Counted from the first letter of the stretch, positions 23,975 to 38,355 are shown. The stretch is 64,000 nucleotides of DNA from Ylistrum balloti (GCF_031769215.1 NW_026782173.1:2294001-2358000); one strand, 5' to 3'. Numbers and translations: made by a program. Notes: generated from the letters alone by a model not told the origin.

Positions 23975-25132
23975 ATGCAAGCCCATATCCGGACAATTCT
24001 TTCATGTCTTCTCTTTGTGTGCATACATTCTGGATCCTATGACGAAATGGCATCTCTTCATAACGCCCTTTTGTCAAACTACTCCAAGAATATACGCCCT
24101 ATACAAAACCAGGACAGCGCGATGAGCATTATATTTGTGTTCACTATGCCTTATTTCCGTGAATTCGACGCTATAACGGGAGAGTTCACTATAATGGCGT
24201 CTATATACCTTGGTTGGATGGATGAAAAATTAAACTGGGATCCTACCGATTATGGCAATATCCATACATCCTATTTCTCCGCCTTTCAGGTGTGGACACC
24301 ATATCTTGCGTTAAGTAGTTCTGTAAACAATCAATTAATTACAGCTACGTCTTTAGTCACTGTTGAAAGCACCGGGTATTCGTCTGCTCTTTACTCCAAA
24401 ATAGTCACTTCAGCATGTTCACCAGATATTACTTATTACCCGTATGATGTCCACAACTGCAGTCTTTATTTTACAATGATGGAGCCCTACACGATTATCG
24501 ACTTGAAACTTTACCCGCAGGATAACTACATTGAAAACACTGACAATTTATTTTGGATTTTATCCAGAACAGGTATGAAGAAGTATATTTCTAAAAACTA
24601 CACTTCAACTATAAAAATAACATATTCACTAGAACGGCGACCTACATACTTGTTGTACACTATAATGCTGCCAGTTTGCTTGTTGAATTTCGTTACCCTC
24701 CTGGCGTTTGTTCTGCCAGCAGATTCCGGGGAAAGAGTGTCGTTCGCTACTACCATGCTTTTAACGTTGACAATGTATATGACTATAATGTCGGACAGTA
24801 TCCCTAACACCAGTGACCCAGTGTCAATTTTCACGGTTTCACTGATGGTAAAACTCATTATCAGCGCTCTAATAGTGTTGTCAGTGATCCTTACTCTGTG
24901 TGTCTACAATACCAGTGAGGATAAACACATCCCTAAATGGTTGCTTTTCTGCTGCAAACTGAGGTCAGGACGAGTAGACGTCGATGACAATTTGAAATCT
25001 CCCGCAAAAAGGACAGTTGTCTCCTGGAAATGTATAGGAAAACGGTTTGATGTAGTTTTCATTATTTTGTATTCCATAGTGACTGTTACCGAGACAGTTG
25101 TGAACGTTGTAAGAATTTCATATCGTCTTTGA
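23975..25132 (+). CDS. R4: nAChR-like Cys-loop channel subunit (non-alpha), single coding exon
   Basis: ATG at 23975 (MQAHIRTILSCLLFVCIHS|GSY), Cys-loop CSPDITYYPYDVHNC, PADSGERVS, four TM helices. Confidence 0.94.
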   Translation: MQAHIRTILSCLLFVCIHSGSYDEMASLHNALLSNYSKNIRPIQNQDSAMSIIFVFTMPYFREFDAITGEFTIMASIYLGWMDEKLNWDPTDYGNIHTSYFSAFQVWTPYLALSSSVNNQLITATSLVTVESTGYSSALYSKIVTSACSPDITYYPYDVHNCSLYFTMMEPYTIIDLKLYPQDNYIENTDNLFWILSRTGMKKYISKNYTSTIKITYSLERRPTYLLYTIMLPVCLLNFVTLLAFVLPADSGERVSFATTMLLTLTMYMTIMSDSIPNTSDPVSIFTVSLMVKLIISALIVLSVILTLCVYNTSEDKHIPKWLLFCCKLRSGRVDVDDNLKSPAKRTVVSWKCIGKRFDVVFIILYSIVTVTETVVNVVRISYRL

Positions 25133-26526
25133 TATATCAGGCAATTAATGGACAAGGTGAAAGGTTCCCACATTAATGGGCAGTCACTTTATTACCAAGT
25201 GATTGATTTTCGAACTGAAATTCATTTACTTTTGATTAAAGCATTTGTATTTCTTTTTCAAATATCATTCCTTTCTTATATAGCAATACATTATAATACA
25301 AGTGATTAACACACCCAGATATATGTTCCACATTAAGAATATCTAGCGGTATGTCCACTTTCCCCCGTTTTTCTTTCAGTCAATTTCACATGAAGGTATA
25401 CTATTAACATATTTAAAGATATGGTTATGTAACTAAAACAAATACTAATGCACATGCAAACTCTAACTACTATTGCAGAGTGCACCAACAACTCATTTAA
25501 GAAGTATGAAAAAATACATAACAGGTTTCACCAATTCATTTATGTATATACATTACTGTATGTAAGAGACAAGAAAGCACTTAGAAATGAGAAATTAGAA
25601 AGATTGTATGTGACCTGAGGTCGGTCCGCCGTTTTGACTAGACATGCTTTTTTATCTTATCGATGCATTCTGTATTTTTATAGAAGTCTCCTTGGTCTTG
25701 TTTTAATAGAGTAAGGTCTAGCGAAATATTATTGCACATATGCGTCCTTCCCAAGATGATCACCAGATCTATAATACAAGTTTCCCCAAGACAAACATTT
25801 AAAACATAAAGGTAGAGCACTCTTAGTTTTATTATATTCCCTGGACAAAGTAAGTGACATATTGATACTCTTAAATAAAGTATATAGATTTTATTAGTAT
25901 AATAAGGCAGTGTTTTTGCCTTAGGACTGAGGAGACTTTAACTACTAACGTACTAAGATTTTATTTCTTAAATATTCCAGTAAAAAGTGAGTTACTTCTG
26001 ACATGTTTAAACTAGGTTTGCCTTCAAGAAAAGTGAAGGTTATATTCATTGAATATTATAAAGTAATATTTAATACTAATAATATAAGTTGATAAGACAA
26101 ACAAGTATCCTTAACTCCACAGCTGGCCGGAACAGTTTTTTCTTTTACGGAATCTTTAAGGTACAAGATAATTTTAAGTGCGATATAATATATTTGCCGA
26201 ATCCGATTTTTTTTCATGGCTCTTTTGTTTCTTAATCAACTTTCTACATATTTTATTAGATGTACTGGCATTGTATCTAACGCAAGTATTGAAACCTAAA
26301 AAGCGATGTTATGTTAACAATGAAAATACAATATAAGAGCTAAATCTATCTCTATATAGATTTCACATATATAATCCTTTCAAACCCAGTTTATTCACTT
26401 AATCTCCAAATACCTTTGATATCTATGACTTTGGTCAGTACAGAAAGTTCAGACATGGGAAGTGATTTGACCATGAAATCGAATTCATATCAAGAATAAT
26501 CCGATACCTTGGAAAATCACAATACT

Positions 26527-26691
26527 ACAGAGCCCAAGGCAACATATCTCCTTTTCAAAACAGAGCCCAAGGCAACATGTTTCCTTTTCACAACAGAGCC
26601 CAAGGCAACATATTTCCTTTTCACAACAGAGCCCAAGGCAACATATTTCCTTTTCACAACAGAGCCCAAGGCAACATATTTCCTTTTCACA
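26527..26691. repeat. 33-bp tandem repeat x5 (ACAGAGCCCAAGGCAACATATTTCCTTTTCACA)
   Basis: Five near-identical direct copies. Confidence 0.93.
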
Positions 26692-29580
26692 GTAACAACT
26701 CTTATTTTATTATATCTTTTTAACTTCTTTTTATCTAACTCACGAGTTCAAATAATATTGAACTATTTTTTTTATTTTTGAAAAATTACTCGGTATGTTT
26801 TATAATTTCTAAGACTATATGTTTAAAGGTTGCTGCGAGAATCAATAACTCTTTGGCTATATTTCGTAGATCCTTGTGTAATCAAGAATAAATTCATTCT
26901 CAATACAATAGTAGTGTGCAGTAATGGTATGCATTTTAAACATCGATGAAAACGCCATACAAACATATGGTTGGAATACACTTTATTCTAAACACACATA
27001 ATAGATTGGTCGTTTAATTTATCAGTAATGACAAATATTGATCATAGCATTGCTGAATAGACTAATGTAAATAGCTTCGTTCGATTTCTTATATCGAATC
27101 AGCCCTATGCAATTCGATTACAAATACTGCGCCAGGAACGGAATACACTAATTAGCGCCCAGTCTAAGTGATCATTTGAATGGTTTTAATGTGTGATTAA
27201 AAGAGGCGAGTGCGACCATTATTTAAGTAAAGACATACAGACATACATTTAGAAATCGTTCACGTTCTTCTCAAAAACAGACGTTAGATGTCTCAAATAT
27301 AAACATAAATGTCCAGCAAATACATCATTGTACAAAAGACGCTCTTAAGTATCAATCGAATTTCAATATATATAATGTTTTCAATTGAGAATTTACCCCC
27401 TCAAGACAACATAAATAGAATTAGCTGAAATACCAAATGTTCATATCAATATTCGTGGGATATGAGGTATGTAAAGTCATGATTTTGAGAATAATCACTG
27501 GTTTCTTCGTATTATGCTAGAAACATAGCAACACCTCAAACACACATATATGATAAACGGAGTATGTAATAACTTCTGTTTTAATGTCCCGTCTATGAAA
27601 ATGTCAAAGGTATATAATTGCTCCCTATGCAGTCATATTTTTCCATTCCTTCATTACATCTTGATCTGGACCCAATCATCTTTGGCAGATATAGAAATTG
27701 ACCTGATATTAAGTATATGGTTGTATGATGAAATGATTGGGAAGTTCAGATTTGATTATTTACAAATTGTTTTTTCTGATACTGAATAAAAGACATGACA
27801 CCTCTTCTATACGATTTACAATATCCAAACTTGCCATTAGCTGTAGGCAAACATGTGGCACCGCCACTACTTGTAAACAGCATTTATATGTCATAAGAGG
27901 CGACTGATGTGGCAAGTTAATTATCTAATTTGAAATATGAAACAAAACAAACTGTTATAGGTAATAAAGTAAAATGATAATATAAAATGGCTTTATTTAT
28001 CTATTTATTCATCATCTAGGGATATGTGACTTTGATTCGCATTCGTAGTAAAACTCCAAATGCCTCGGACTTTACTTTTCTCTAAAACTGAAAGCATTTG
28101 TAAATACGTTTAGTTGTCACAGAAAGAGCCCATGAAAGTAAGAACATTAGAGTAAAAAATTCTACTTCAGTACATCAATTCAAATGCTGGCTTTGTTTTT
28201 GTTTTCATCATTTCTATTAATGTATATTTTTTCATTAATTTGAATCTATAATGGGTTCTTGTACAAAAAGTCTTTGTAGACCTATGTTGACAAGAAATGT
28301 CTTCAATTATACTGTATTTTGGCCTGCAACCTGTGAACACTTTCTTTAATAACTAGACGAACAATTTACTAGATTGTATTCAATGTTTGGCCATATATAT
28401 ATGTGTGTTTGTGTTGTATACCTAGTTTGTGCTGGCATTAACATTGTATTTAACATATTTCTTCTTTTAAAAATAAATATGTAAACGACAGAGCTTTTAA
28501 TGAGCAAAGCGTTTACTTACTTGTACGCATACACATAATAATTGAAACAGGCAGTGTCTGAAACAAAGTCATACAGAAAACAGACAAAAATAGTCATTTC
28601 GCGTTGATGTAAATCTAAAATTGTACTTAAACATTGATTGTTTAATTGGGTTTATGGGATTTTCGCCTACATTAATGTGTTGTGTCACAGACGAAAGACA
28701 AATATGCACTCACTGTATACGTATCTTACATAAACTATTACAAACGTTTGTTGATGGGATCCTTTGTCTAGTTTGGTCATGTCGAGTTACAACTACATTA
28801 AAGGATGCCATAATGTATTTGTATTTTCTTTTTTAATCTTAAGATTACTTTATGTTGCAGCTGCGAATACTTTAAAATATATACGTTGATTTAGATCGTT
28901 AAATGTTTTAGCTGCACATATATCTTAGTATTGGATGATAACTTACTCTCGCGAGAATAGGACCAGGTAATCAATTTTTGCATCTTGATGTGTAATTCAT
29001 TGCTGTTACTTATTTTTAAAATGTAACTGAAAGTGAGCGACTCCCAAGTTGTGTTTTTATATAGTTAAACAATAAGTTATCATGATTTCTTCACAATTCT
29101 TATAACTCTAGCTGTTTATCACTTCGGCATTTTTTCATTGGAGTACTGCTCTGGTTTTCAGATAAAAAAATGGCAACACAAATAGAAAGGAGGTAACTCT
29201 GTCCAGTCTCTGATTTTAATTCCCGAACACTTTAAAGAGCTTCGCTCAGGCGCCCATGCAAGCTTCGCAGTGAAAAGTTATTAATGCCGTTATGTATAAA
29301 TAGAAAGCACTTTAGCCATTCCATATAAACTAATAGATTACAAACAAGGAGCATCGGAATTCATTGATTTTGGATGGCGAATTTGCAAGATTTCGATTGA
29401 GTAGCGTCGTGTCCGCCAGACAGTAATATATGATGCGTTGTTATCACAGGTATTTGAGCAAATCGATATAGTGAAAGCCATTGAAATTATTCTTTTGTCC
29501 ACATTGTTGAGTGTTATCTTGACGACAGGCTGCAGGCTTATCTGCATTGGAATATTGTGTCCATAATTTTGCCGTTTAAT

Positions 29581-30756
29581 ATGAAGTTTCACATCTTGAC
29601 GATTGTAGCACATCTCTGCTTTTTATGCACACATGCTGGATCCTATGACGAAATGGTATCACTGCATAATGATCTTTTGGCAAGCTACTCCAGTACCATA
29701 CGCCCTATACAGAATCAGGATGATGTTTTGAGTATAACTTTCGTATACACTCTGCCGTATTTTCGTGAATTCGACGCGGTCAGTGGGAAATTTACGGCAT
29801 TAGTGTCAATAAGCCTCAGTTGGAATGACCAAAAATTAAACTGGAATCCTGCAAGTTATGGAAATATTCATTCATCTTATTTCTCTTCCTCTCAGGTGTG
29901 GACACCATATCTTTTCTTATCAAACGCAGTAGACATTGGATTAATCCCAGTTTCATCGTCTGTCACTGTTTACAGTTCTGGATTTTCATTTGCGCTTTTC
30001 TCTAAAGTGGTGACCTCAACATGTTCACCTGATATCACTTACTATCCGTATGATATTCACAAATGTACTCTTGTGTTTACAATGTCTGAACCTTACACTG
30101 TTGTCGATCTAAATCTGAATCCACAGGGTGACATCTTTGAAAATACAGATAATCTGTTCTGGATAGTATCACGAAAAGGACTCCAGAAATTTATTTCTAA
30201 TAACTATACATCATTCATAGAAATAGCATACTCACTAGAGCGGCGACCAACATACTTGTTGTACACTATAATGCTGCCAGTTTGCTTGTTGAATTTCGTT
30301 ACCCTCCTGGCGTTTGTTCTGCCAGCAGATTCCGGGGAAAGAGTGTCGTTCGCTACTACCATGCTTTTAACCTTGACAATGTATATGACCATAATGTCGG
30401 ACAGTATCCCTAATACCAGTGACCCAGTGTCCATTTTCACGGTTTCACTGATGGTAAAACTCATTATCAGCGCTCTAATAGTGTTGTCGGTAATCATAAC
30501 TCTGTGTGTGTATCATACTAATGAGGACAAGCCAATCTCTAAATGGTTACTATTTTGCTGTAAACTGAAGTCAGGACAAAAAGAGACGGGAAAGAACGAT
30601 GCTGTTGATGATACGTTTAACATCTCTGATGAAGTAACAGCGGCTTCCTGGAAATCTGTAGGACAACGTTTGGATGTACTTTTCTTTATTTTGTATTTCG
30701 TCTTGATTGTTACTGAGACTTTGGTAAATGTGGTGAGAATTTCTTACCGACTTTAG
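29581..30756 (+). CDS. R5: nAChR-like Cys-loop channel subunit (non-alpha), single coding exon
   Basis: ATG at 29581 (MKFHILTIVAHLCFLCTHA|GSY), Cys-loop CSPDITYYPYDIHKC, PADSGERVS, four TM helices. Confidence 0.94.
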   Translation: MKFHILTIVAHLCFLCTHAGSYDEMVSLHNDLLASYSSTIRPIQNQDDVLSITFVYTLPYFREFDAVSGKFTALVSISLSWNDQKLNWNPASYGNIHSSYFSSSQVWTPYLFLSNAVDIGLIPVSSSVTVYSSGFSFALFSKVVTSTCSPDITYYPYDIHKCTLVFTMSEPYTVVDLNLNPQGDIFENTDNLFWIVSRKGLQKFISNNYTSFIEIAYSLERRPTYLLYTIMLPVCLLNFVTLLAFVLPADSGERVSFATTMLLTLTMYMTIMSDSIPNTSDPVSIFTVSLMVKLIISALIVLSVIITLCVYHTNEDKPISKWLLFCCKLKSGQKETGKNDAVDDTFNISDEVTAASWKSVGQRLDVLFFILYFVLIVTETLVNVVRISYRL

Positions 30757-33700
30757 TATGTGATTTCAGCTATGATATATGACTTTTTGACATTGCGTGT
30801 AATGTTTTTGTACAAAATTAAAAAATGAAATATATATTCCGATCACACACTTTTCTAGCAGTTTCTTTAAAACAAGAAGAAAATCTTTACAACTGAAGCC
30901 AATACACAACAAATTCACAAAGATTTAATGAGTACATTGCTGCGGATGCTTTCCGAAAAGTGCTGAAGCGTGTGTCGGCCGTACCATCGGTTAAGATAAC
31001 TAGATGGTTAGCGTTGTTTGTTTTTTGACATGGTAACCTTGCATGCCACAAAATGAAATTATCCCAAGATTAATGCATTCTCGTGCGGAAACGAAATATT
31101 GACAGTCATTCAACACTAATCAAACAATGCTCAAAAAAGAGTGGTTAAACTTCTCATCATTACACCGGAGGCACTAAAACCAGCATAACTTTTATACTGA
31201 GGCATGGAATCTACACTGCTAGGTTTTCCATTAACATCCTTCTGATTAACAGAATTAAAGGAACGGAGACTGTATATGGTACAAAGTATGCACTTTTTAT
31301 GTACGCTTTATATTGGGATGCATTTAACAAAGTCGATATATTTAGGAAATAAAAGGATAATAGTTAAATAATAGAAATATTAGATAGGGAAAAGTAAAAA
31401 ATAGATTAAAGACAACCTAACAACTATCAACCCTCTCTTACATAGATTGACAATGACCGAAGCACCCTTCTAAGACAATAATTGTAGGACAAAGCTCTAA
31501 AAATCAACCCAAATATGAGTATGAACTAAACAAAGCAAAATTGAGCCGACATTGCTATTTTGTGTTTATTATTTACATAATAATCCACATCAAGCTATAC
31601 ATGTATGTAATAACAACACAACAAGAAAATACCAGCAAGGCAATATAATCAGAATCCAAATAATTCAAATTCAAGAAAACGAGGGCAGAGTTTGAACTTA
31701 AGAAAGATTTACACGGAAGCTCCTAAAATAGAACAAAGGTATTAAGACCAGGTGTTCAGGACAAATAGGCGTCTTCTGTTTCATCGATCAATAACAACCA
31801 CCTTGTAAATCTTAGTCAATCTATGTTAGTAATGTCACGTTCTAAAATGAGTAGAAGGTTTACAACAACTGAATATACAGACAAATTAAAGAGCAGAAAA
31901 CATGTCTTGTTTCTCAAAGAAACAGAATATTTCTCAATAGGACCACTATGGCGACCGTAAAACTACATCATAATATTCATCAACTTGCATCTTTTGAAAC
32001 CTTGTGTTACGAGTCTTCAAAGATTTTTTTAAATTCGTTTGTTTGTTTGTTTAAAGAGCCATGGCGACTCAGAAACGTATGGAGAGTAACATCTCGAATG
32101 AGGGCAGTCATTTTGTTGAGTCATTCTCAATTTATGACATGACGTCATTGTCAATATTTTATTTGAATTCTATGTAACATTTGCCGATATATTTTTATAT
32201 AACCAATTGTTGTTAATGGGATTATGAACTGCACTTAATGATTATTCGTTCTGCATAGGAATTCAGCTGGCGGCGGATACTTTCGGTATAAATATACCAT
32301 GGCATATCCGAAAGTAGTGTTATATTTTAGTGAAGAGGACTTAATAAAAAGCAAATTGAAGTAATTCACGAAGCTACCAGCAGAAGTTATTTGCTACAAA
32401 GTCCTTATCAGAGCCATAACAATCAAGACTACTAGACGTCGATTCGACAGTGCACACATAGAATATATTACAAAGAAAATAACCTTGGGATTGTTGTCAC
32501 TTATTGACAGGAACTACTTCCACCTAGAATTCCCATGTTTATTCTGTTCTTAAAATCAGATTTTTTCCGAAAATTAAAAAAGTCACTCCGTGCGATGTGA
32601 TCGGGAGCCGCATCACATCCCCATTATATATCAATGCGCAATAAACAGTTCGTATTCCAAACAAAACAAAAACGCGAAGATACTGTAGATGTTAAAACTT
32701 TTGCGATACGTTTATAATTTTCTTTCCAAACCAAATCAATTTATCAATATATATATATTGTGTATTTTGTACAATCTTTGACTTTGCCGTCAGTTGGAAA
32801 TTTACACACAAGTGGGACTATTACATGATGACAGTAAAGAATCGGTTTGAAGCAGTTTTAGCAAAAGATAAATACGGCAACAGGCAACATTCTATTTTTC
32901 TGTCATCCAAATTTCATTCGATTCCCCTGTATAGTGCAATCTGTTAACATTTTATCGCTTAAATGACCTCAGAATCCATTGCTGAGAGGGGCATAGCCAA
33001 TGAACTATAGGATATACTATACTAGTGATATTTTACAAAATTATTATATGGATGAATTCACTAGATAACAATACTTCAGTATTACTGTCATTGAATGATT
33101 AAGTTTTAGTATTTTAACAGTTGTTTCGTCCCCAAGTGATATTAACGCACATTACCATGAAACAACCAGACATGCTAAAGAGCATTGCATTATATATATA
33201 TTAAACATATTGTGAAGGCATTGTTAATGACTGACAAGTTTTACAACAATACATTAATCACCACCAATATTCACAGGAAACAATACAAGCCAGTGAGTAG
33301 TTATTGATTTATCATAATTGCTTTGCAATTAACATTTGATCATCAAAGTCAGCATACGTTTTATACCATTAGATGTCAAAGGCTTGTTTATGTAATATAC
33401 CCGTATACATACTTACTATCCTGACGTTCGCATTGGGTAATGAAGGATCATTTCAATGACGTCATAGTGTAAAGGGTAATTTCTGTGTCTTATAATTATA
33501 TAAGTTTTTGTGTGTGGTCTCGTTTCTTTGTCGTTTTAGATAATGATAAGGACAGACTACGAGAGACCTACATTCAGCAGCAATATTTAATTCTTCGCAA
33601 TTTGTAAGATCAAAGGGAATCTGTCCCAAGATATAGAACGGAAAATTCTCTACAGAAGATTCGTGAAACTGCGGCCTGGGGACAGAACCCCATTGATCTT

Positions 33701-33935
33701 ACACATTGCGACAAATTAAATATTGCTGCTGAATGCAGGTTTCTCATAGTCTGTCCTTATTGATATCCAAAATAAACTTGAGACACAATCCCTTATTAGC
33801 TGGACTCGAAGTCATTATTATTGATGACAGATTTGCCATTATATTCGCTTTGTAAATGTTTGTAGCAATAACTGGAATTTGTGTTAGATTCGACATGTCA
33901 ACAACATAGCAAACTGTTGTCCTTCAATTACAAAG

Positions 33936-34010
33936 TATCTAAACAGGTATAATAGATGATTATCTAAACAGGTATAATAGATGATTATCTAAACAGGTAT
34001 AATAGATGAT
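33936..34010. repeat. 25-bp tandem repeat x3 (TATCTAAACAGGTATAATAGATGAT)
   Basis: Three exact copies. Confidence 0.92.
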
Positions 34011-34239
34011 TTATCAAGGTTAGTACAAAATGCTGTTTCATTTCTTACAGTGATTCGTTGTTAGTAGCACAGACATTGTCGATATTCAGTTCGGGTATCT
34101 ACTTTTAGTACCAATATTTTGTTATTTAATATCGCATTGATGACACAGTAACGATCTGTGGGAATAATACCAATGCGTTATTGAGAATAACTTAATTACT
34201 CCAGACGTGATACATCTTATTGCAAAGCCTATATCAAGG

Positions 34240-34647
34240 ATGCTTATCATGGCAGGTCAAATTGGGACAATCATAAGGCTCCTCTTCTTCATAAACGTAC
34301 ATGCCGGATGACAACATTGCATCACTGCATACAAACCTCCTGTCAAATTACTCACGGTAAATGCTTCCTCTGCAAAATCAGGACGCGGCGATCAGTATAG
34401 GTTTTACGTACTACTCCATGCCATATTTTCATGAATTCGACGCTGTAAGTGGAATGTTTACAGTATTAATGTCAGTTTACCTGGGTTGGGAGGACGAAAA
34501 ATTAAACTGGATTTTATATTTTTAACGCGTGTTGCTTACTGGCAATATATCTGGAAACAATTAGATTTATCTTTCGTTATTTTGTATTATGTCGTAACAT
34601 TTATTGAAACTGTTGCTAGCTTTGTTAGAATTATGTACCGTCTATAA
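34240..34647 (+). pseudogene. psi-R4/R6-like receptor remnant with a large internal deletion
   Basis: MLIMAGQIGTIIRLLFFINVHAG*, a frameshift, NIASLHTNLLSNYSR*MLPLQNQDAAISI...MPYFHEFDAVSGMF...YLGWEDEKLNW, joined at ~34511-34525 directly to M4 (WQYIWKQLDLSFVILYYVVTFIETVASFVRIMYRL*). Confidence 0.88.
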
Positions 34648-37600
34648 TATACAGAGTATTTTGTTTTGAGTTCGCCTTATACAATACTAATACAATGTTT
34701 ATAGAAAAGTCTCGATACGTACACCAAATGGGGTTTCATCACATATTTATATCACTAATTTTACTACATTACATTTCAGTCGATGTTATTTGTATTATTT
34801 AACTGACACATTACATTTTCTTCACTTGTGTTTGCAGATAACACATGTAGCTCACTGCTTAATGTATTGTGTCTATATGTTTCTGAACAAAATGAAAAAG
34901 TGTTTTAACTTCACAGAAGTTGATCAAGTTTTGTAAATAAACAACATCTTCAACGAATCGTTCATTTTGAATGATTTGGTCAAACTGTATTGTATATAAC
35001 TAACTTCCCATCTGGATTTGTATTACACAACTTATTTCGCTGTTGATTCACATCCACTGGTAAGTCGTTTGTAAAGTATTTTAAATGGCATGTTGGTGGC
35101 CAGCTCCGCTAGTGAAAGCTCCGAGTGCCGATTCTGAAGTCTTGTATATTGACTCTTTTATCAGCATGGTATTGATATTATTATTGATATCATTTTTAAA
35201 TGGTCTGATATTATTGATTACCAAATTAAACTGATGTAAAATTAATCATCGTTTTTCTTTTCTTATATTCAAAATTGCTTCGGTGAATTGTAGTTTTGTC
35301 AATTTGCTTTATTTCAAAATCAGTCGCTTGTCTTTATTGGAGAGAGTGTGAGGTAATTACATCCTAAGTTTGTTCATATCAGTATATATCCTTATGTCTT
35401 CGGTACAGGAACAAATAGGTAAACTGTCATTTAAATTAATCTAGATAGAACTGCATATTGAAGAAGGTAGACGTCAATATATTATTTTATCGATCACACA
35501 TGTCACGAAAATCTCAAGCATTGTAAAGAACCGAGATACTGATAACAAAACGTGAATCATATGTTCCTCATGATATTGACTTTAAATTCTTTAAATTCAG
35601 TTTACAGACATCAAGTAGTTTTCTTTTTACAAATCCGTGTGACATGGATACTTTGGGATCATCAAAGTAAAGCAGATTATTGTTTATGTCTAAAAATTGA
35701 TCAACAAAATCCCAGTTTTAAATATATTAATATATTTTTTCTGCAGGTGTGAAGAAGAACGAAATCAATAACCTTGATATGTTTTAAAGGTGTACTTTTT
35801 CAACCTTTAGGTGTTAATCAATGAACTATTAAACCTTAAAAATATGTGACATTGATAAATATTCTAAACCTTAGCAGAAACAAATAATTTGTGCTAGTTT
35901 AAGAATCCATTGAACGTCAGGTACACGAACTTAATTAACAGTAATGTACTGGATCAGCAAATCAATCCTAACGTTAACGAGTAGTCTAATGTAAACATCA
36001 TCATCATCATTCAATGTATCCCTTCGTTTGACACAAAATCAGTATTAATATGGCTTTTTAAATGGACTTTAAGAGTGCCTACATCACGAATCGTCAATTA
36101 TTATAGGTCTGTGTTAGAGAATAAGTCCTGTTATGATCTGATTGGGAATTACATAGGACAGGTGAAATAAAAAAAAAAAAAAAAAAAAGATAATGTATTT
36201 GTTACAACAACAACCCAGAAAATACTTACAAGTCAACAGAATCTTAATTTGAACTAACTAGAGCAATAGGAAAGTAATATCAGACGTTCAGGAATATTAA
36301 GCGTATTCTTATTCTTCGACAACACCAGCCATTTAGATATTTGCCAATCAAAGAAAACAATGCAACGCCTCCATATGAGAACAATGCTGGTAACAACAGA
36401 ACCACATGGAATACATTCATATACAAATCAAATACATTCAGCTGCATATTACATACGGAAATAGAATATTTCCCAATTATATCATTATACGAGAAACTAT
36501 ATCCATCAGCCTATACTTTTCGAGACTCAGTGTTGTGAGTTAATATGTTAGTTGTTAGCATCCTGCACGAAAATCGTAATATTATGAACAAATCCTTGAA
36601 TATCGAATCTAACGCCGAGACCACCCCACTCATCAACCACCTGAGGAACGGTCATATGTTATCATTGTTTTTTTTTTTTTTTTTTTGAGTGGAAAGCTAG
36701 ATTGTGAATGGTCAATGCAAACAAGTAGCATAATATACCATATGTGATATAACATGAAAAATAAACTTACTCCAGAAAAAAACATTCAATTATCGAATAA
36801 GTAATAAAATGCGAGCATGAGTTAATGTACTGACACTCCATTGAACAAATGTCATGAATGTGTTAGGTAAATACGTTGGACATTTATAAAGTCTTGTCGA
36901 ATTCTAAAAGTTCACATTGAAAAATAGGTCTTGAAATTTTATTGAGGGTAAGTAGTAAATTGATGTAGTTTAAAAACAATTTATTAATACTCTCTGCCAA
37001 TATTTTTTTAAATAATAGGATGGTGTTGTTTTAGGAAACAATGGCAAAGCAATCATGTATTGTTTCATATAAGCTGCCATTTTCTTACCTGGATTTTTAT
37101 CTGCGATAAACCTGTGTTTCACTCAACCTATCTTCATTTGAATGAGATTAAATTAGATATACAAATTTTATTTGATGAAAAAGTACTGAATAATTGAGTT
37201 TGACTTCATTTAGCACTCAAACATATCTGAACAAATTAAATTTAAATGTGGGATGATTTTGTACTACACCCTGACATATTTCTAAAATCTATCATAGATG
37301 ATAAACAATATTTAACTTAATTACCATACATTACATAAATAATAATCATTTTAGTGTTATACAATAAAGTGCCCGAAAGAAAGTGTAAAGATAAAGAGAA
37401 AGGTATCTGAAATAAAACTAGAGTATTTGAAATAAAGAGAAAAAGTATATCATTATTGGTTAAGAAAATGTCCCATTTGTGGTAATTGGTATCAAATCAA
37501 CTAATTTATCGATGAGAAATGATAAATAATTTAATTTTTTTATTAATTCGTTAACTTTTGGGCTAAGGGTGTACAAACACAAGGTACAATGTATACTTTA

Positions 37601-38355
37601 ATATATAATGTAGTCAATAAACTAAAACGTGATAAATTAAATATTTGTATTGTAAGTTTACAAAATTATCATAAATATAGCATTCAAAATGAAATTAAGA
37701 CATTCAAACATTTCACAATATATATGAAATAGGTTTCTTCACACTTTATAAGGTTATAGAGACTTAAAAGTAATTAAAACGTGAAAATTGTTTAGATATA
37801 TCCTTTAATATTTATATTTAAAAAATAAATATCATGAACATCAACTTTTTTAAAAAATGCAACTATTACCAGTTGCTGAGTGCCAACAAGTGAAGTTTTA
37901 TAGGTAAATTTAACTGGTATTACTTTAAGGGAAAAGACTATATTCACTATAAAATTAAACTGCCTTATAAGAGATTGAAAAATGTTGGCATTCAGACATA
38001 CACTCCTGATGGAAAGGAAAAGCTGTTGTGTATACCGTGTGCAATGAAGTGTGGTAAACGACCCCATGCCTAACAGAACAGCTTAGCCCGTTCCAGTTAA
38101 TCCTCAACAAATAAGCAGTACATTCAGTGGTTAGTTGATTTTTGAAAGAGCAATATTTGTCGGAGAAGCTTAGTGTATAAATAGTTTCACAATACCCGAT
38201 TCTTCACTGCCCTAACTCATATAGAGTATTTGATATAGTGGCTTCCATTCATATAACGATTGGAACAACACAACAGTTATCATTAGTGCCGGGACACATA
38301 GACGGCCCATGTTGTAGGTACATCGTCACTTTGATTGTGTGCTAAGTAAGTGTTA

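Noticed and set aside
28947-28956. TCTCGCGAGA palindrome (BANP-type promoter motif) ~620 bp upstream of R5
   Set aside because: Single 10-mer with no CpG-island context; cannot be supported as functional.
36169-36686. A20 and T19 runs as retrocopy tails or element ends
   Set aside because: No target duplication or recognisable body; treated as simple homopolymers.
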